Positions 50,197 through 63,532 of a stretch of 64,000 nt of DNA are shown one piece after another. The notes below the pieces were generated by a model that saw only the letters and a program-made list of their open reading frames with translations, had not been told where the DNA came from and searched no databases. Numbering within the stretch: the stretch's first letter is position 1; the number at the start of each line of letters is the position of its first letter. The position numbers were made by a program, and so were the translations under genes. Source of the DNA: Dendrobates tinctorius (taxonomy: Eukaryota). Where the stretch lies: NCBI RefSeq assembly GCF_039654945.1, contig NW_027361730.1:31124001-31188000 (forward strand), given 5' to 3'.

Positions 50197-51777
50197 TATT
50201 AACGTCCCACGTGTCTGTCCGGGCTCCATGCACCCAGCTATGTGCACTAACTTTAAGGTGCTTCTATCCATGGACGCTAACAGATGCTTCACCCTGTATG
50301 TCTCTTTCTTACAATGATATAAAATAATTTGAGGTTGCTTTAATTGTTGATTCTTACACACACAAGCAAATTCCTTTGTTTATTCATAAACTTCTTATAT
50401 TGCGTTCCTTCAAGGTTTAGCCTTGAATTCCGTCCTTTTCATACATTTAGTTACACAAAAAATGTTCCTTCACATCGTTGTCAGATTTCTCTTTTATGAT
50501 GTTTCCTGCTATGTTGTACTGCTTTATGTCTTATCCAGACAAGACATGTTTCCCATGGTTATCATAGAATTCTTTCTCATTTTACTTAGTTGTAAGAAAG
50601 TTTTTTTTCCCTATGTGGTTAACATAATTCTTTTACACCTTATAGTTTTATGACAGCAATTTTATAACGTTTACCTGGAGAATATTTTGAGCCTTTGTGT
50701 TACAATTGCATTTCTTCTTGCTGAGCCAAACAACCTAGCATTAATTCACTTCCTATGTATTTCACCAAAGTATGATGTTTTCCCATGTGTGTTCCCTAGC
50801 TATAATTACATCGCCTCTTATCTCATGCGATGCTATCCCTTGAATCTTTCCCTGCTCTGTAAGCTTCTTCCCCTGTGTCTTATCCATTTTTTAATAATAT
50901 TCACTTATCTCATCAAGCTTGCTAGTGTTTCTTTGCATCTCACCAACTTTGACAGCGCTGCATCTTAAAAAGCTATGGTCGCATTTCCTTACACCGCTCC
51001 CACGCTAACCAGTATTCCCAATGTCCCAGACGTCACCCAGTCACACAAGTGTTCGCATTGTATCCAGTTATAATAGCATTTCCTCTGATTTTGCCCTTCT
51101 GAGATAAGCTTCCACCCCATTTCATCTATTTCTGACTACATTTTGCCATCTACCAGTCATGAAACCTTCTCTTAGCTTATGATAATTCTTCCTTTGATCC
51201 ACCTCTAATGCTTTTTGCTTCTCCTTCCTATGCCACCAAACAATGTTATCTTTCTCTCAAAGACTACCCATTTGTGCTGGCATTACCTGGTATTTCACTC
51301 CGTTGTGATGGTGCTTGCTTGTTTCCCATCCACCTCATATCACATTTACTGTCGCTAATCTGTGATGACGTTTCCTTGTATCTCAAAGGAATATAATAGC
51401 TTTTACCCGCAGCTCACCAAGATATGAAAATGTCAGGTACTGTACTGGTGACAGGGCTCACTTACCTTAGGGCTTCCGAAACCCATTACTGTGTTCTATT
51501 TCATGTTATCTTAATCTTAGTCTTATGTGCATGCTTCTCGCTGGTGTAGAATGGTATAATCTTGAAGTCCTCTGAGAAAAATTAGCCTTTTCCCTTTTTT
51601 GAAAATAGTCAGGAAATAGTATTACAACTTCAAAAGGCTGGAAAAACTTACGTTATCCTGAAGTCTGATGAAATACTCTCAAGTCTTAAGCCTTTGGCTC
51701 TTTCTGGGAAGAAAACTTTTCCGGAGGGAAAAAACAAAACGCTATATATAGTGCTGCTAGATGTTGTGAGCCATTAA

Positions 51778-52297
51778 AGGGAACCTGTTACTTGAGTGCT
51801 GCCCAAACCATGGGCTGCATGAAAATATACTGATAAGATCTGGCCTGGACCACAGCTGGTGACAAGAGTAGTCCAGTATCGACCCAGGTCGACTCCCCCC
51901 AGTTCAGCTGCAGATGATTGACGGGTCTCTCCCATAGCTAGAAAATAACCAAAGCACTTAAGTAGGATCCTATTCTGTAACTTGACGTTTAATAGACTTG
52001 GCACTCAAAATGATGAACATGAATGATTTTTAACGGAATCCAAATAAAATACAAATGTTTCGGTCAATAGGAGACATTCATCAGTGTGCGGATTGCCCAG
52101 GAAGATGAACTTTAACCAGAAGATGAGTGCACAGTGAGGTCCGCGATATCCGCCTCTGGTAGCAGGAGAGAGGCACCATATGTTTTCAGAAACATACAGT
52201 ATAGTCTCTGAGAAAAATATACCTGCCAACAATAACGCAGCCGGGCTTTGATTCAATCTGTCCCCGGTTTGGGAACCATGAAGTTGACAGGTTCCCT
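51778..52297. mobile_element. T2/Kolobok-type MITE
   Basis: TTAA-AGGGAACCTGT...ACAGGTTCCCT-TTAA. Confidence 0.85.
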
Positions 52298-53239
52298 TTA
52301 ACAACAGTCTCACACATCTACTCAATTTTATGGATTAAAAAAGGCAACAGTTTGTTTAAAAACATATTGAAAAAGGAGTTAAGGAATATCCCGAAATGCG
52401 TTTTTATATTTGTACCCAGCTAATATTGCTGGAACTGTTTGTTACATCGGTTCAACCATACAAGAACAGTAACGTACTCATGTTATGGAAATACAAGTTG
52501 CAGTGTTCCTAATCATTGTTTCCATGCATCAACTCTGCAGTCACCACTATACTTTTGTGTAAATTGAACTATTAAATTGTGGAAAATCATGTAAGTATAT
52601 TTTTATGAAGTATGCACAGATTGCTGAATACCATCTGAACAACACAAATACAAGCAATAGTGAAACTGTGAATGGTGAGTAATCTCAAGTACACCAGGCA
52701 GTTTACATTCTCTACACTGCAACAGAATTTAGCCATACCAGTGTCCAATATGCACTCTACTATTATTGAACATTATTATTGTTCGCTATGTTCTTGACGT
52801 GATTCACCTTACTTGGCTGGGCTATATAGGGTTATTTGTGAGGGCCTCATAATAATAAACTTTTTTTTAATCTTTGGACTGGAGATACAGTAATATTTGT
52901 TTTGTCTTATGGGTGTTTCTATTTCAATGTAGTGCATTTAACTGTTTTAGCTTTCATTATCTTTAGAATTAATGTAAATTTTTTTCAGGCTTCTCGACGA
53001 TACGTCAAAAATCCCTGGAAAAAAATGTATGTTCCAAATGTTACAAAATAAAAAATGCCAACAAAAGCAACTCTAATAAATTTTGCATAAAATTCAAAAT
53101 TTCTTAAAAAAATAAAAATAGTGTGTGAAAGAATCTCTATTTGGTTTAGATGAACAAGATTCAATAAACCTGAATATTACAGAAACTGCCCCATATACAG
53201 TAGACTACAGTCAGCCAATACTATCGATGTTTGTGGGAT

Positions 53240-54260
53240 CATGGGGTGCATTATACTATATGAAGAACTATGGTGAGTGAATTATACTGTATAGAGGAAT
53301 ATGGCGAGAGCATTATACTGTATGGAGGACTATGGGGTGCATTATACTATATGGAGAATTATAGTGAGTGAATTACACCATATGGAGTAATATGGAGAGT
53401 GCATTATACTGTAAGGAGGACTATTGGGAGTGCACTATACTATATGGAGGACTATGGTGGGTGCATTATACTGTATGAAGGACTATGGGGTGAATTATAC
53501 TGTATGTATGGAGGACTATGGAGTGCATTATAATGTATGGAGAACTATGGGGAGTGCATTATTTATACTATATGAAGAACTATGGGGAGTGCATTATACT
53601 ACATGGAGGACTATGGTGAGTGCATTATACTGTATGGAGGACTATAGGGGTACATTATACTATATGGAGCACTATGGAGGTGCTCATGGGGTGCATTATA
53701 CTGTAAGGAGAACGACGGGATGTTTTGTTGTGGATGTCTTAATAAAGATTTAATATATTTTTGAATCTACTTTTGGTGATCCCTATATTCTACATGCCTC
53801 TTTTCTTTTGTTATTGTTGCAGTCTTTCAGCATGTATTAGGTGATCCCTTACAGCGGTGCCCTCCTTAATGTGTGTTTTGAGAACTATGGGGAGTGCATT
53901 ATACTGTATGGAGGACTATGGGGTGCATTATGCTATATGGAAGACTATGGGGAGTGCATCATACTGTGTAGAGGGTGCATTATACTATATAGAGGAATAT
54001 GGGGGTGCATTATATGTGGGGCAATTAAAATATTTGGAGGGCTATCTGGGAACCTTTTTATTTTATGGAGGACTATGTGAGGGCATTATACTGTATGTAA
54101 GCAGATATTCAGTGTGAAGATTTGTGTGGGGTCATCATACCGTATGGGAGCCATCATACTGTATGGAGGGCTAGTGGGGGACTATTATACAGTGGGGTGA
54201 GGTGTTGGGCCATTATGCCGTATGTAGGCCCATTATACTGCATGGAGGACTGTGTGGGTC
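53240..54260. repeat. ~29-bp degenerate minisatellite (GTGCATTATACTGTATGGAGGACTATGGG)
   Basis: Many tandem copies, interrupted at ~53710-53880. Confidence 0.85.
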
Positions 54261-54998
54261 ACAGTTGGGTGATCATACTGTGTTGGAAATCACCATATTT
54301 TGCCAGGGTAGTTGAGGTGGGGTGCAGTAGGGTGATCGTAATGTGTGTGTGAAGGGTACTGTAGAGGAATTCACTGTCAATGTGTCATACAGTGTTTGTG
54401 TGGCATTTTTCTTGGCATCATACTTTATGGGGTGCAATGAAAGGTTACTCTAGGGCTTCACTAGGAGAAACATTACTGTGTGAAGGATGCAAAGTTGTGA
54501 AATATGCTCTACTGTGACCCCACCAAATATTAATTTTTTTTTTGTTGAGGGGGGGACCCAAATAGAATTTCTGTTATGGGGCCCCATGATCTCTATGTAT
54601 GCTCCTGTATACATCACTAATGATGTGCCAATACAAGTTACTCTGTCCAAGCTCTGTATAAGCTGGAGACCAGGGAAAATCACTATTAGTAGAAGATATT
54701 AACAACTGTAAAAATGTAAATATATTAATAAAATTTATATATTTATATCGGATAGTTTTTTTTTTAGTGTAAAACCCCTTTAAAGTTCCTCTGGTTATTA
54801 AAGTGTTTTATATATTAACATATTTCAGCACTAGCACAATGACCCTAATGTATATAACTAGTAATGTCACTAATAAAACTGTGAAACAGTTTTATTTTGT
54901 GTGGTAAATGAATGGGGGAGACATTATAAAAATTATTTACTGTAACATTTGTATAGTTTTTATATGCACGTACTACTTTATGTAGGTTACGTCCTTAA

Positions 54999-55409
54999 AA
55001 AGGTTATCCACTACTTTTACATTGATGGCCTATTTTTAGGATAGGTCCTCAATATCTGATCAGTCGGGGTCTGACATCAGCACCCCCGCCGGTCAGATGT
55101 TAGCAGTGTCAGAGGCGGCCACCGTTTGGAAGTACTCACTCGCCGAGTTGCTCCATCTACTTGTAGTGGCTGCTACAGAGTAGTGTACATCTGTCTCCTA
55201 TTGATTTGATTAGAAGGTGGATATTCATTACCAAGCTCCGCACACAATTAGACGGAGCAGCTCGGCGAGTGAGTACTTCCGGACAATGGCCACCTCCGAC
55301 ACGATAACATCTGATCGGCGGCGGTGCTGGATGTCGGATCTCGACCAATCAGACATAGATGACCTGTCCTAATAATAGACCATCAATGTAAAAGTAGTGG
55401 ACAACAGCT
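54999..55409. mobile_element. T2/Kolobok-type palindromic MITE
   Basis: TTAA flanks; TCCACTACTTTTACATTGATGG / CCATCAATGTAAAAGTAGTGGA arms. Confidence 0.85.
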
Positions 55410-56080
55410 TTAAGAGTTCTGTATTGTAGATGAACTACAGATGTTGCTATCAGTGTGAGAGACAAGGTTCATCTCTCCAATCACAGTTATTCATAAATAC
55501 TTTGCTGTAAAAATGCATTCACAGCCTTTGTCTGCAAATAAAGGGGTGTTCTCAACTCTCTTTGGGTATGACTGCCGTGGTCTCCAAGGATCCTAAGAAC
55601 CGTGGCTGAATGGAGCTTTTGGTCAATTGTTGTACTACTGCAGCATTTATTCTTCATGTGAGCACCAGAGATTGCAAATTGCTGCTCTTAGAATGAATGG
55701 AGCGGCAGTGCACATGATCGCCTCTACTACATTCAGCCAGCAGGCCCTGTTTTTGGGATAGCTGGGGACTGCAGCAATCTGTATAATTTGGAGAAAATCA
55801 ATCCGGCAATATAAATTATTGTGTTTTTCCATTGTATCTTTACGTTTTTACATATGTATTGGGGACTTGATTTTGCAGCACTTACTAATATATAACTATT
55901 ACAAGTTCTCCTGCTCTTGTAAAACTTATATATCAATAAATGCCACAAATTCATGTTCCCAACATATTTGTTAAAATAAAGAGCAAGTGTTCATCTTCTT
56001 TAATATTTGAGACCAAATCGACAGAGCTGATCAAGTCAAGTGAATAAAGTCATGCTTGTGCAGATGTGTAAAGTGCTTAA

Positions 56081-56411
56081 AGAGTAACTAAACATTTGGA
56101 TAATTTTTCATAATTTTTTTATATATGTTTAATTCTGAACAGATTGGTGTGGGTCATGACCCTGAGATTCTATTTGCTCAAAAGACCTTTTAGAAGTGCA
56201 CAACTCACGAGGCAGTAGTTCACAGCGCCATGCCGGAGCACGTGCAGACAGCAGAGTAAGGAATCGGTAGGAATGCTATTACTTTCATAACTATCCTATG
56301 ACTTGCATATACATACTCTGGTCTGTGCACTTACTCAGACAGGAAGTATGCAGCATAGTCCTAAGGTTTTTTGAGTGACACATAAAAAATTACCGAAAAG
56401 TTAATTACTCT
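56081..56411. mobile_element. T2/Kolobok-type MITE
   Basis: TTAA-AGAGTAA...TTACTCT-TTAA. Confidence 0.75.
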
Positions 56412-56650
56412 TTAATTGTAGTAAAGTTTGTTTATGCAATTTTTTAAAAAAAAAGTATATATTTATACTTCAATTAACATGTGCACTCTATAAAACCTTA
56501 GTGTTCACTGCTTAGCTTAAATGTCAGCAGCATTTGATCCATAAACTCCAACTGCCACAAAACAGACAACACAAAATTATCATTTTTAAAATAAGATAAC
56601 TTTTTTGGAGTTTTTACAGTTTTTCTTTAATTTTTTCCATAATATTGTTA

Positions 56651-56656
56651 TTTATT
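56651..56656 (-). terminator. Candidate LINGO1 polyadenylation signal (AATAAA)
   Basis: TTTATT on the + strand, ~460 nt past the stop codon; AT-rich context makes it uncertain. Confidence 0.35.
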
Positions 56657-57118
56657 TTTTTTAATAAAAATCACAGGTATTGAAATCAGGAGAACATACA
56701 GAGGTCAAAGTTCATTTTATGTCTCTTGGTCTCCCTCACTCAACACCTTGTGCTTCACTCTGCAAATATTCCAATTATTTTTTATTATTATATTCTTTGA
56801 ACACAACCTGGTCTCATGAAGGCCATATCAACAAATGTATTGTTGGTTTGGAACAGAGGGTATTTTTTGAGAGCTGGGGAAGTTTTGGGGATAAAACTCA
56901 CAAGGTTAAAAGTGCAAAGGTCATTCCCCAAACATACAAAGTCCATGGATTGAAAACAGCAGGATAAGGAATCCCTGTTACCATTGCTTCCCTTAAAAAA
57001 GTCATGTTGCTTGTATTTAAACAGCTGTGTAGAGAAGGTAGGATGAGAACAGGCTTCGTGCATTCCACAAACTGCCCAAATAACTCCATCCCTCACCTTC
57101 CCCAGTGCTCAACCAATA

Positions 57119-58957
57119 TCAGATCATCTTCATATTAAACTTGCGGGGTGCATCTGCAGAGGAGAGTCCAGCATCAGATTTTCGTGGCACATACTCAATC
57201 TCAATGTTGTGTTTGGTGTTTCCTTTGCCTCTGCTCCAAAGAAAAAGAAGGACCAAGCAGAATAAAACCACCCCCAAGAAGGAAATAAAGCCCATTGTGG
57301 TTGCAATAATTAAAGTCTTAATATCGAATGGGAACGGTACACTTGTGCGAGTGCTGTTGACATCACTTTCATTCGGCTGATTTGAGATGAAGGCAAAGGT
57401 CTTATTGGGTTGGTGAGGCCAATCTGGAGAATAACTGCGCACGTGGAGATGAGCTAATGAAGTATCGTTGCCACCAGCATTACTTGCCACACAGTGGTAA
57501 GTCCCATTGTCTTGTATCTGAGCATAGCGTACCTCTAAAGTTCCATCTGGAAATACTGTCAGACGCCCATTGCTTTTGCTGGTAATGAAAGTCTTTCTTG
57601 GGGACTGCCACAGTATGGTTGGTGGTGGATCACCGTCAGCCCGGCAGAAAAAGTGTACAGTATGACCTTCATCTACATGTACAACTTGTGGACTTCGGTC
57701 CTGGATTCGTGCACGTCGGCAAGTAAAGTAATTAGGCTGCAGTACATCAGGAAAATCTTTAAATTCCTTTCCCTGTACATATTCTGGACTGGAACAGGAT
57801 GGCTGTTGTTTATTGAAGTTGAGTCGCCAACGTCGCCGGAAGATCCATAATAGTCGGCAGTCACAAGCTAGTGGGTTGTGATCTAAAATTAGTGTCTCCA
57901 GATTACCAACAGAATGGAACGAAGACTCCTCCAGTGTACTAAGAAAATTGGAAGAGACATTTAGTACTCGCAAATGGTTAAGACCTCGAAAAGCATAGGG
58001 TTCCACCACAGTCAGTTGTCCACCTACCAAGTGAAATTCCTGAAGTCTGAGTAACTCATGCAACATAGATCCCACCACAGATGTTATGGGGTTATATGAA
58101 AGATTAAGAAATCGAAGGTAAACAAGATGTCTGATTGCCACATATGGTATACTGCTCAAATTGCAATAAGTAACAGATAGAGAAGTTAAATTCAACCCAT
58201 AGAGGCTATTGGATGTCATTGTGTCCAAGAATGGCCAATGTGCTACCTCTAAGTTTTTCAACCGAAACAACCTTTTGAAAGAATAGTCACGGATGACATT
58301 AATATTCAGGTACCTTAGTCGTAGGGAGATGAGACCATGAAGGTGGGACAAAGCTTCTGTGGGTACCAAAGTGAGGTTGCATTTTTCCAGTGTCAGCTCT
58401 TCCAGACTGTTGAGTCCACGGAAGGCACGGTGAGAGATGTATACCAAATCATTATCTCCAACTTCCAGAGATTTGAGGTTATACAGGTCCTGGAACATGT
58501 CATCCAAAAGAATAACAATTTTGTTCTCACTAATATCAAGTTGTGTAAGGTTGCTAAGTCCTGTGAATACACCTAGTGGAATGAGTTTTAGACGATTATT
58601 TCGCAGCCCTAGGAATCGTAGATTGAAGAGACCATTGAAGGCGCCTGGTTCAATGATGGATACAATGTTCTCATTAAGTTCCAACTCCTCCAAATATGGA
58701 AAGGCAGAAAATTCATCCTGATTGAGTGTCTTAATGCGATTTTTGCTTAGGTCCAGCAGTCGTGTATCTGTGGGTATGCCTTCAGGAATGGTAAGATGTC
58801 TTTTACGATGGCAGAGAACTGATCGATCCTGAGCTGAGCACTCACAGCGTTGGGGACAACCTGAGGCAGCGCCAGACAGGTAGGAGCCCACTATAAGCAA
58901 CAGGATGGGACACAGGCAGGGTGGCAGCGGGAGAATCATACTGGACCTTTGTCTCAC
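57119..58957 (-). CDS. LINGO1: LINGO1 main coding exon (signal peptide, LRRs, Ig domain, TM helix, short cytoplasmic tail); first in-exon ATG at 58939
   Basis: Very close to LINGO1 as recalled ([56 protein letters not shown]); splice acceptor TTTTTTTCTTTCTAG directly before GTG at 58957. Confidence 0.95.
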   Translation of the reverse strand: MRQRSSMILPLPPCLCPILLLIVGSYLSGAASGCPQRCECSAQDRSVLCHRKRHLTIPEGIPTDTRLLDLSKNRIKTLNQDEFSAFPYLEELELNENIVSIIEPGAFNGLFNLRFLGLRNNRLKLIPLGVFTGLSNLTQLDISENKIVILLDDMFQDLYNLKSLEVGDNDLVYISHRAFRGLNSLEELTLEKCNLTLVPTEALSHLHGLISLRLRYLNINVIRDYSFKRLFRLKNLEVAHWPFLDTMTSNSLYGLNLTSLSVTYCNLSSIPYVAIRHLVYLRFLNLSYNPITSVVGSMLHELLRLQEFHLVGGQLTVVEPYAFRGLNHLRVLNVSSNFLSTLEESSFHSVGNLETLILDHNPLACDCRLLWIFRRRWRLNFNKQQPSCSSPEYVQGKEFKDFPDVLQPNYFTCRRARIQDRSPQVVHVDEGHTVHFFCRADGDPPPTILWQSPRKTFITSKSNGRLTVFPDGTLEVRYAQIQDNGTYHCVASNAGGNDTSLAHLHVRSYSPDWPHQPNKTFAFISNQPNESDVNSTRTSVPFPFDIKTLIIATTMGFISFLGVVLFCLVLLFLWSRGKGNTKHNIEIEYVPRKSDAGLSSADAPRKFNMKMI

Positions 58958-60339
58958 CTAGAAAGAAAAAAATAAAACATATTAGTGAATACATAAAAAA
59001 CTACATTAGGAATTCTTAATGGAAAAGTAAGCATTTCGCATTAGATAGAACATTGGATTCTACAAATAAGGGAAGGTTTACACAAGCATATTAAGGCCGT
59101 ATTTTCTTGTCCATACTATGCCAAATTTCCAGCCCAACTGCAGGTCTCGTGATCTGAACTACAAGTATCATAGGCCCAAAACCGTTGTGTGAACCTTCTC
59201 TAATTAAACCCTTTTAGAAAAGTATACTGAATTGCTTTTGACATTCATTTTGAAGAGAGTAAAAGTAAAGTAAATGTTGAAAAGTTAATATTTGTTTGAA
59301 AATATGACATTATTTTAGATGACACCTATTTATTTATTAATTAGGATTAACTGCAAGTTTATACTTTTCTACATATTTATGTAGAAGCATAGAAAGACAA
59401 AGTGACTGGCTGTTGCTCAACAGCTGATGACTGGCTGGAAATTATATGTGCTGCAGTTGAAATGACATTTGGTCATCAGTTGATTTGATACAGGATTATT
59501 GATAGTTCGTTCCCTCATGGAAAAAATTATAATAGTCATTAAAATCAACAGTGATAAATTAGATCTTGGAAACAATATGACAATACTATTATTTGTCTGG
59601 CAAATAGATGGAAAGCTGTATGAAAAAAAGGCTCAAACATTACGTAATATATAAGAAGGACAGGAACTAAGCAGTTTACACATTAATCTACTTGTAGGGT
59701 GTCTGCTGGCTGACAGGTGCATTTAAGTACATGTGGGTAGTGTAAGGACTCATTCAGACATCCATTGTTGAGATACGATATACTATGCTTGTTTTTAACA
59801 GATAGAACATGTACCCATTATAATCTATGAAGTTGTTTACATGTCTGTGTTTTTTTTTAGGCCCGTGTGTCCGCAAAGAATCATGGATATGTTTTTTATT
59901 CAAATCATGGACCAAAATCAAAGTCTATGTGTCCGTAAAAATCTTGGACAGCACCCAGATGGCATCCATGTGTACTGTCCGTGGTTAACATTGGAATGTA
60001 TAGGAGAAGCTTAGTAATTTATTTATTTTCCCATGTGAGAAAATGAAACACTGAACAAACACTGATAAAAATCGAATGAAAAGCACTGATGATATTGGAC
60101 AATTTTTGCGCCCAATTGAGGCCCTTGGAGATCTGATGGACGGCATACCCAGAAGTAATATCCAGTCAACTCCACAACATTAATGTGTCTTTATTTGCAC
60201 TTTGGTATATGTTAGGTGATGGCCAAGTTGATTTCACTTAGCATTTCAGGTGCCTTTAAATCATCGACTGTTTCTCTGCCTTTGATGCAGGCTTTCAAGC
60301 TGAGCCCCTATCTTTCCCCGCACTTGACGGGTCTTAACC

Positions 60340-61885
60340 AGTTAAATGCCACTATCAATCAGTGACAGCGGCATTTAATATTTTCAGACAGAAATCGTGT
60401 CATTGATCCCATCTATTGGCGCGCTAGTCACGTGATCACGTGGCGCCGATGGGCTGTTCTGACAGCCGGGGGTCTGCAGAAGCCATAGGAGATCTCCGAT
60501 GGTGATTTCTGATATTCTGCTATGTATAGCACAGGCGATGAGATGAATGCAGCTACAAGTCTTCTAAGGGTCCTATTAAATATGGTAAAAAGTTTAAAAA
60601 AAAGTTTTAAAAAATAAAAAAAAGCAAAAATTCAAAACACCACCCTTTTGCCCTATTAAAAATAAAACAATAAAAAAAAAATAAAAATACACATATTTGG
60701 TTTAGCAGCATCCAGAAATGTTCAATCTATCAAAATATAAAATAAATTAATTTGATCGGTAAACGGCACGAGAAAAAAAATTAAAATGCCAATGTTCTGT
60801 TTTTTTGGTCGCCACAACATTGCAATAAAATGCAATCAAAAGTCGATTAAAACATTGTATCTACCCCAAACTCCAAAATGGTATCAGTAAAAATGTCAGC
60901 TCAAGGCACAAAAAAATAAGCCCTCACCCAGCAATAGATCACGAAAAGTGAGAACGTTAAGGGTCTCACAAAATGGTGACAAAAGCAATTTTTTTTTTTT
61001 ACAAATTTCAGATTTTTTTTCAACACTTAAATAAAAGGAGGAAGCGGTTATACCGCAAAACGTGCGTCGGGGCTCTCCTGGTCAGCAGGCTGCCGGTGGT
61101 TGCAATAATGGGCATGTTTTAACCATATAATGACTTGACTGGGCTAAGTGCAATAGACCATTTATTTCCCTCCACCCTGTCCCATTATTTATGAGGATTT
61201 TATTCCCAGGCTATGGTTATGGGAAAAAACAGGGATTTTGGAAGGTTCACTATGTCTCTCTGCATATACTTCACTTGCCCACTGTGATGGAATACATCTT
61301 ATTTTCCCTCATCTGCCACTAGTCTCACTGCCCAGGGTGCTTCTTGTATCCGGTGTCAAAGATAGTTTTTCTTTAATTGATGTAACTATGCCTCTATTTG
61401 TCTTGCTCCCTCACTATCTTTTGTAATAAAAGCAATTACTCAAATGTAGCTTTGGACTCAGTTTCTCTCCTTTTTTTCAGTTTTTGAGAGTCGTTTCTAC
61501 GTCTTCATCTTTATTTGGGGTATTTTTTGTGCACTTGCACAGCATGAATAAAAATGTATTTTGAGGGTATTTTTCTTTCTTTTTTTTTACTTAAATAAAA
61601 AACTATACATGTTTGGTATCTGCGTACTCATACTGACCTGGGGAATCATATTGCTTGGTCAGTTTTACCATACAGTGAATGTGATATATAAAAAAACAGA
61701 AAAAAAACATTGTGGAATTGCTGTTGTTTTTTTTTTGTGATTTCAAAACATTTGGAATTTGTTTCCCATTTTCCAGTACACTGTGTAGCAGAATGAATTG
61801 GTGGAAAGCAAAAAGTACAACTTGTCTTGCGAAACCAATCACTCAAATGGCTATATGGCTGGAAAAATAAAAAAGTTACGGCTCG
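60340..61885. mobile_element. Fragment of a non-autonomous DNA element in the LINGO1 intron, interrupted at 61037-61588
   Basis: Shares AT-rich motifs (ACACATATTTGG, TACTGACC) with the element at 43943; ends unclear. Confidence 0.45.
61037..61588 (+). mobile_element. Short retro-insert with a degenerate Penelope-type minimal hammerhead core at its 5' end
   Basis: 12-bp TSD ACTTAAATAAAA (61025-61036, 61589-61600); begins GGAGGAA-GCGG-TTATA-CCGC-AAAAC-GTGC-GTC. Confidence 0.6.
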
Positions 61886-62288
61886 ATATACTTTGCTTAT
61901 AGGGAACTAAGGATGATATAATCAGCTTCCTTTACGGAATTACTTCTTTATCTTGTTTGTTTGGTCTTATTGCTAGACGAGATGTAGAAAATGATCCTAA
62001 AGTAGTGTGCAGTATTGTGACTGTGGTTCGGTTATGTAATATTTTGCCCAGCGGTATTTGGAATATACAGTATATGGAGGGCGCACATACACTGATAAGG
62101 TATACCACGTCCAATGATTATGGTAAGGGCAGAGACACACTGCAAGAATCGCTTGGTAAACCTCTTACTAGCTGTCGGCTCTCCTGACCTGAGCACGACA
62201 GCTGCATAGTAATCCATCGTGCTGTCACGCTCAGGTCAGGAGAGGTGTCAGTCAGTCCGAAAAATACCACAGTGTGACTCCAGCCTAA

Positions 62289-62483
62289 GGCCACATGCAC
62301 ACATTGAGTATTTGGTGAGTTCTTTACCCCAGTATGTGTAAGCCAAAACCAGGAGTGGGTGAGAAATGTAGAAGTGGTGCAAATGTTTCTATCATACTTT
62401 TCCTCTGACTGTTCCACTCCCGGTTTTGGCTTACACATACTGGGGTAAAGAACTCACCAAATACTCAATGTGTGCATGTGGCC
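62289..62483. mobile_element. Young PIF/Harbinger (Tourist-like) MITE
   Basis: TAA TSD; near-perfect ~70-bp TIRs starting GGCCACATGCACACATTGAGTATTTGGTGAG. Confidence 0.92.
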
Positions 62484-63532
62484 TAAGAGTGAGCCCCAGC
62501 CTGGCCGCCAGGAGCCCTAACCATTTCTAAACATTTTGCTCCACCTTTCCCGCACATTAGAGATGTAAACAAAGCCACGGCCCCCACTTCCTCTGGTATT
62601 TCATTGCAGACAGCGCAATTAGACGATTAACGATAATTACAGACAAGGAACTTTAGTCTGGGAAAAAGGAGGATGAATTAACACATGGTGTGACGGTAAG
62701 CACAGCATTAGCTCCATACAGAATATGAACACTCACAGCTACTTTCTATCCTGTATGATCATTATACATGTAGATAGACTTCCAGATATATCACATATAG
62801 CGATCTCTCAATTTTCTGCTCGAAATACACAGCTATCCCTCATACAACTTAATATAATGGCAAAATATTCCACAGACATGTTCAGAGATCATCACCACTT
62901 TGGATTCAAAATTCTGCATGAGTGTTTTTTAAGGTTTTGCTGCAGATCCTGTTACCAATTCACATCGGATTTCAGCCTTCACATTAAAGGGGTCACATTT
63001 TTAGTGAAAATCCAGCTGAGAAATTGGAAAAACTATGTGGATAAGATTGGTTAATTTCTCATCCTCCTCTCAACTACCTTATGCTGCTGTAAATTTCACC
63101 TGGGGAAATCTGATGGTAAAATTAGTGCTTTTTCTGTCCCATATGGACTTAGCCTCAAGACTAAGGCCTTATTCAGACATAAAAATTTCGTGTACGCCTT
63201 CTTTTCATGTTTTATATGGATAGAACATGTACCTATTATAGTGTACTGGGTTGAGAGTCAACGCCAAAAAATTAAACAAAAAGGGGACATCCGTTTTTGT
63301 TCCAAGTCACGGATCAAACATGCCCATTTAAATGAATGGGTCCGTGAAAAAAACACACAGCACACATCTACCATCAATGTGTCAAGCTTTGTCTGTGTCT
63401 GTTTAATGGTTAGGAGAAGTTTGTAAGTTTATTTCTTTGCTTACATGAAAAACAGATGCCACACTGATGGTAAAAATTGACACTTGGAAAAGAAATGTCT
63501 GTTTTTTCTTCACCTAAGGAAAAAACGACATA

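Noticed and set aside
50200-51700. Short ORFs in the pyrimidine-rich stretch as exons
   Set aside because: No recognisable domains or convincing splice structure
53424-54352. MEDYG-repeat ORFs
   Set aside because: Minisatellite translations
58955-58957. GTG as the LINGO1 start codon
   Set aside because: It directly follows a canonical splice acceptor, so it is an exon start
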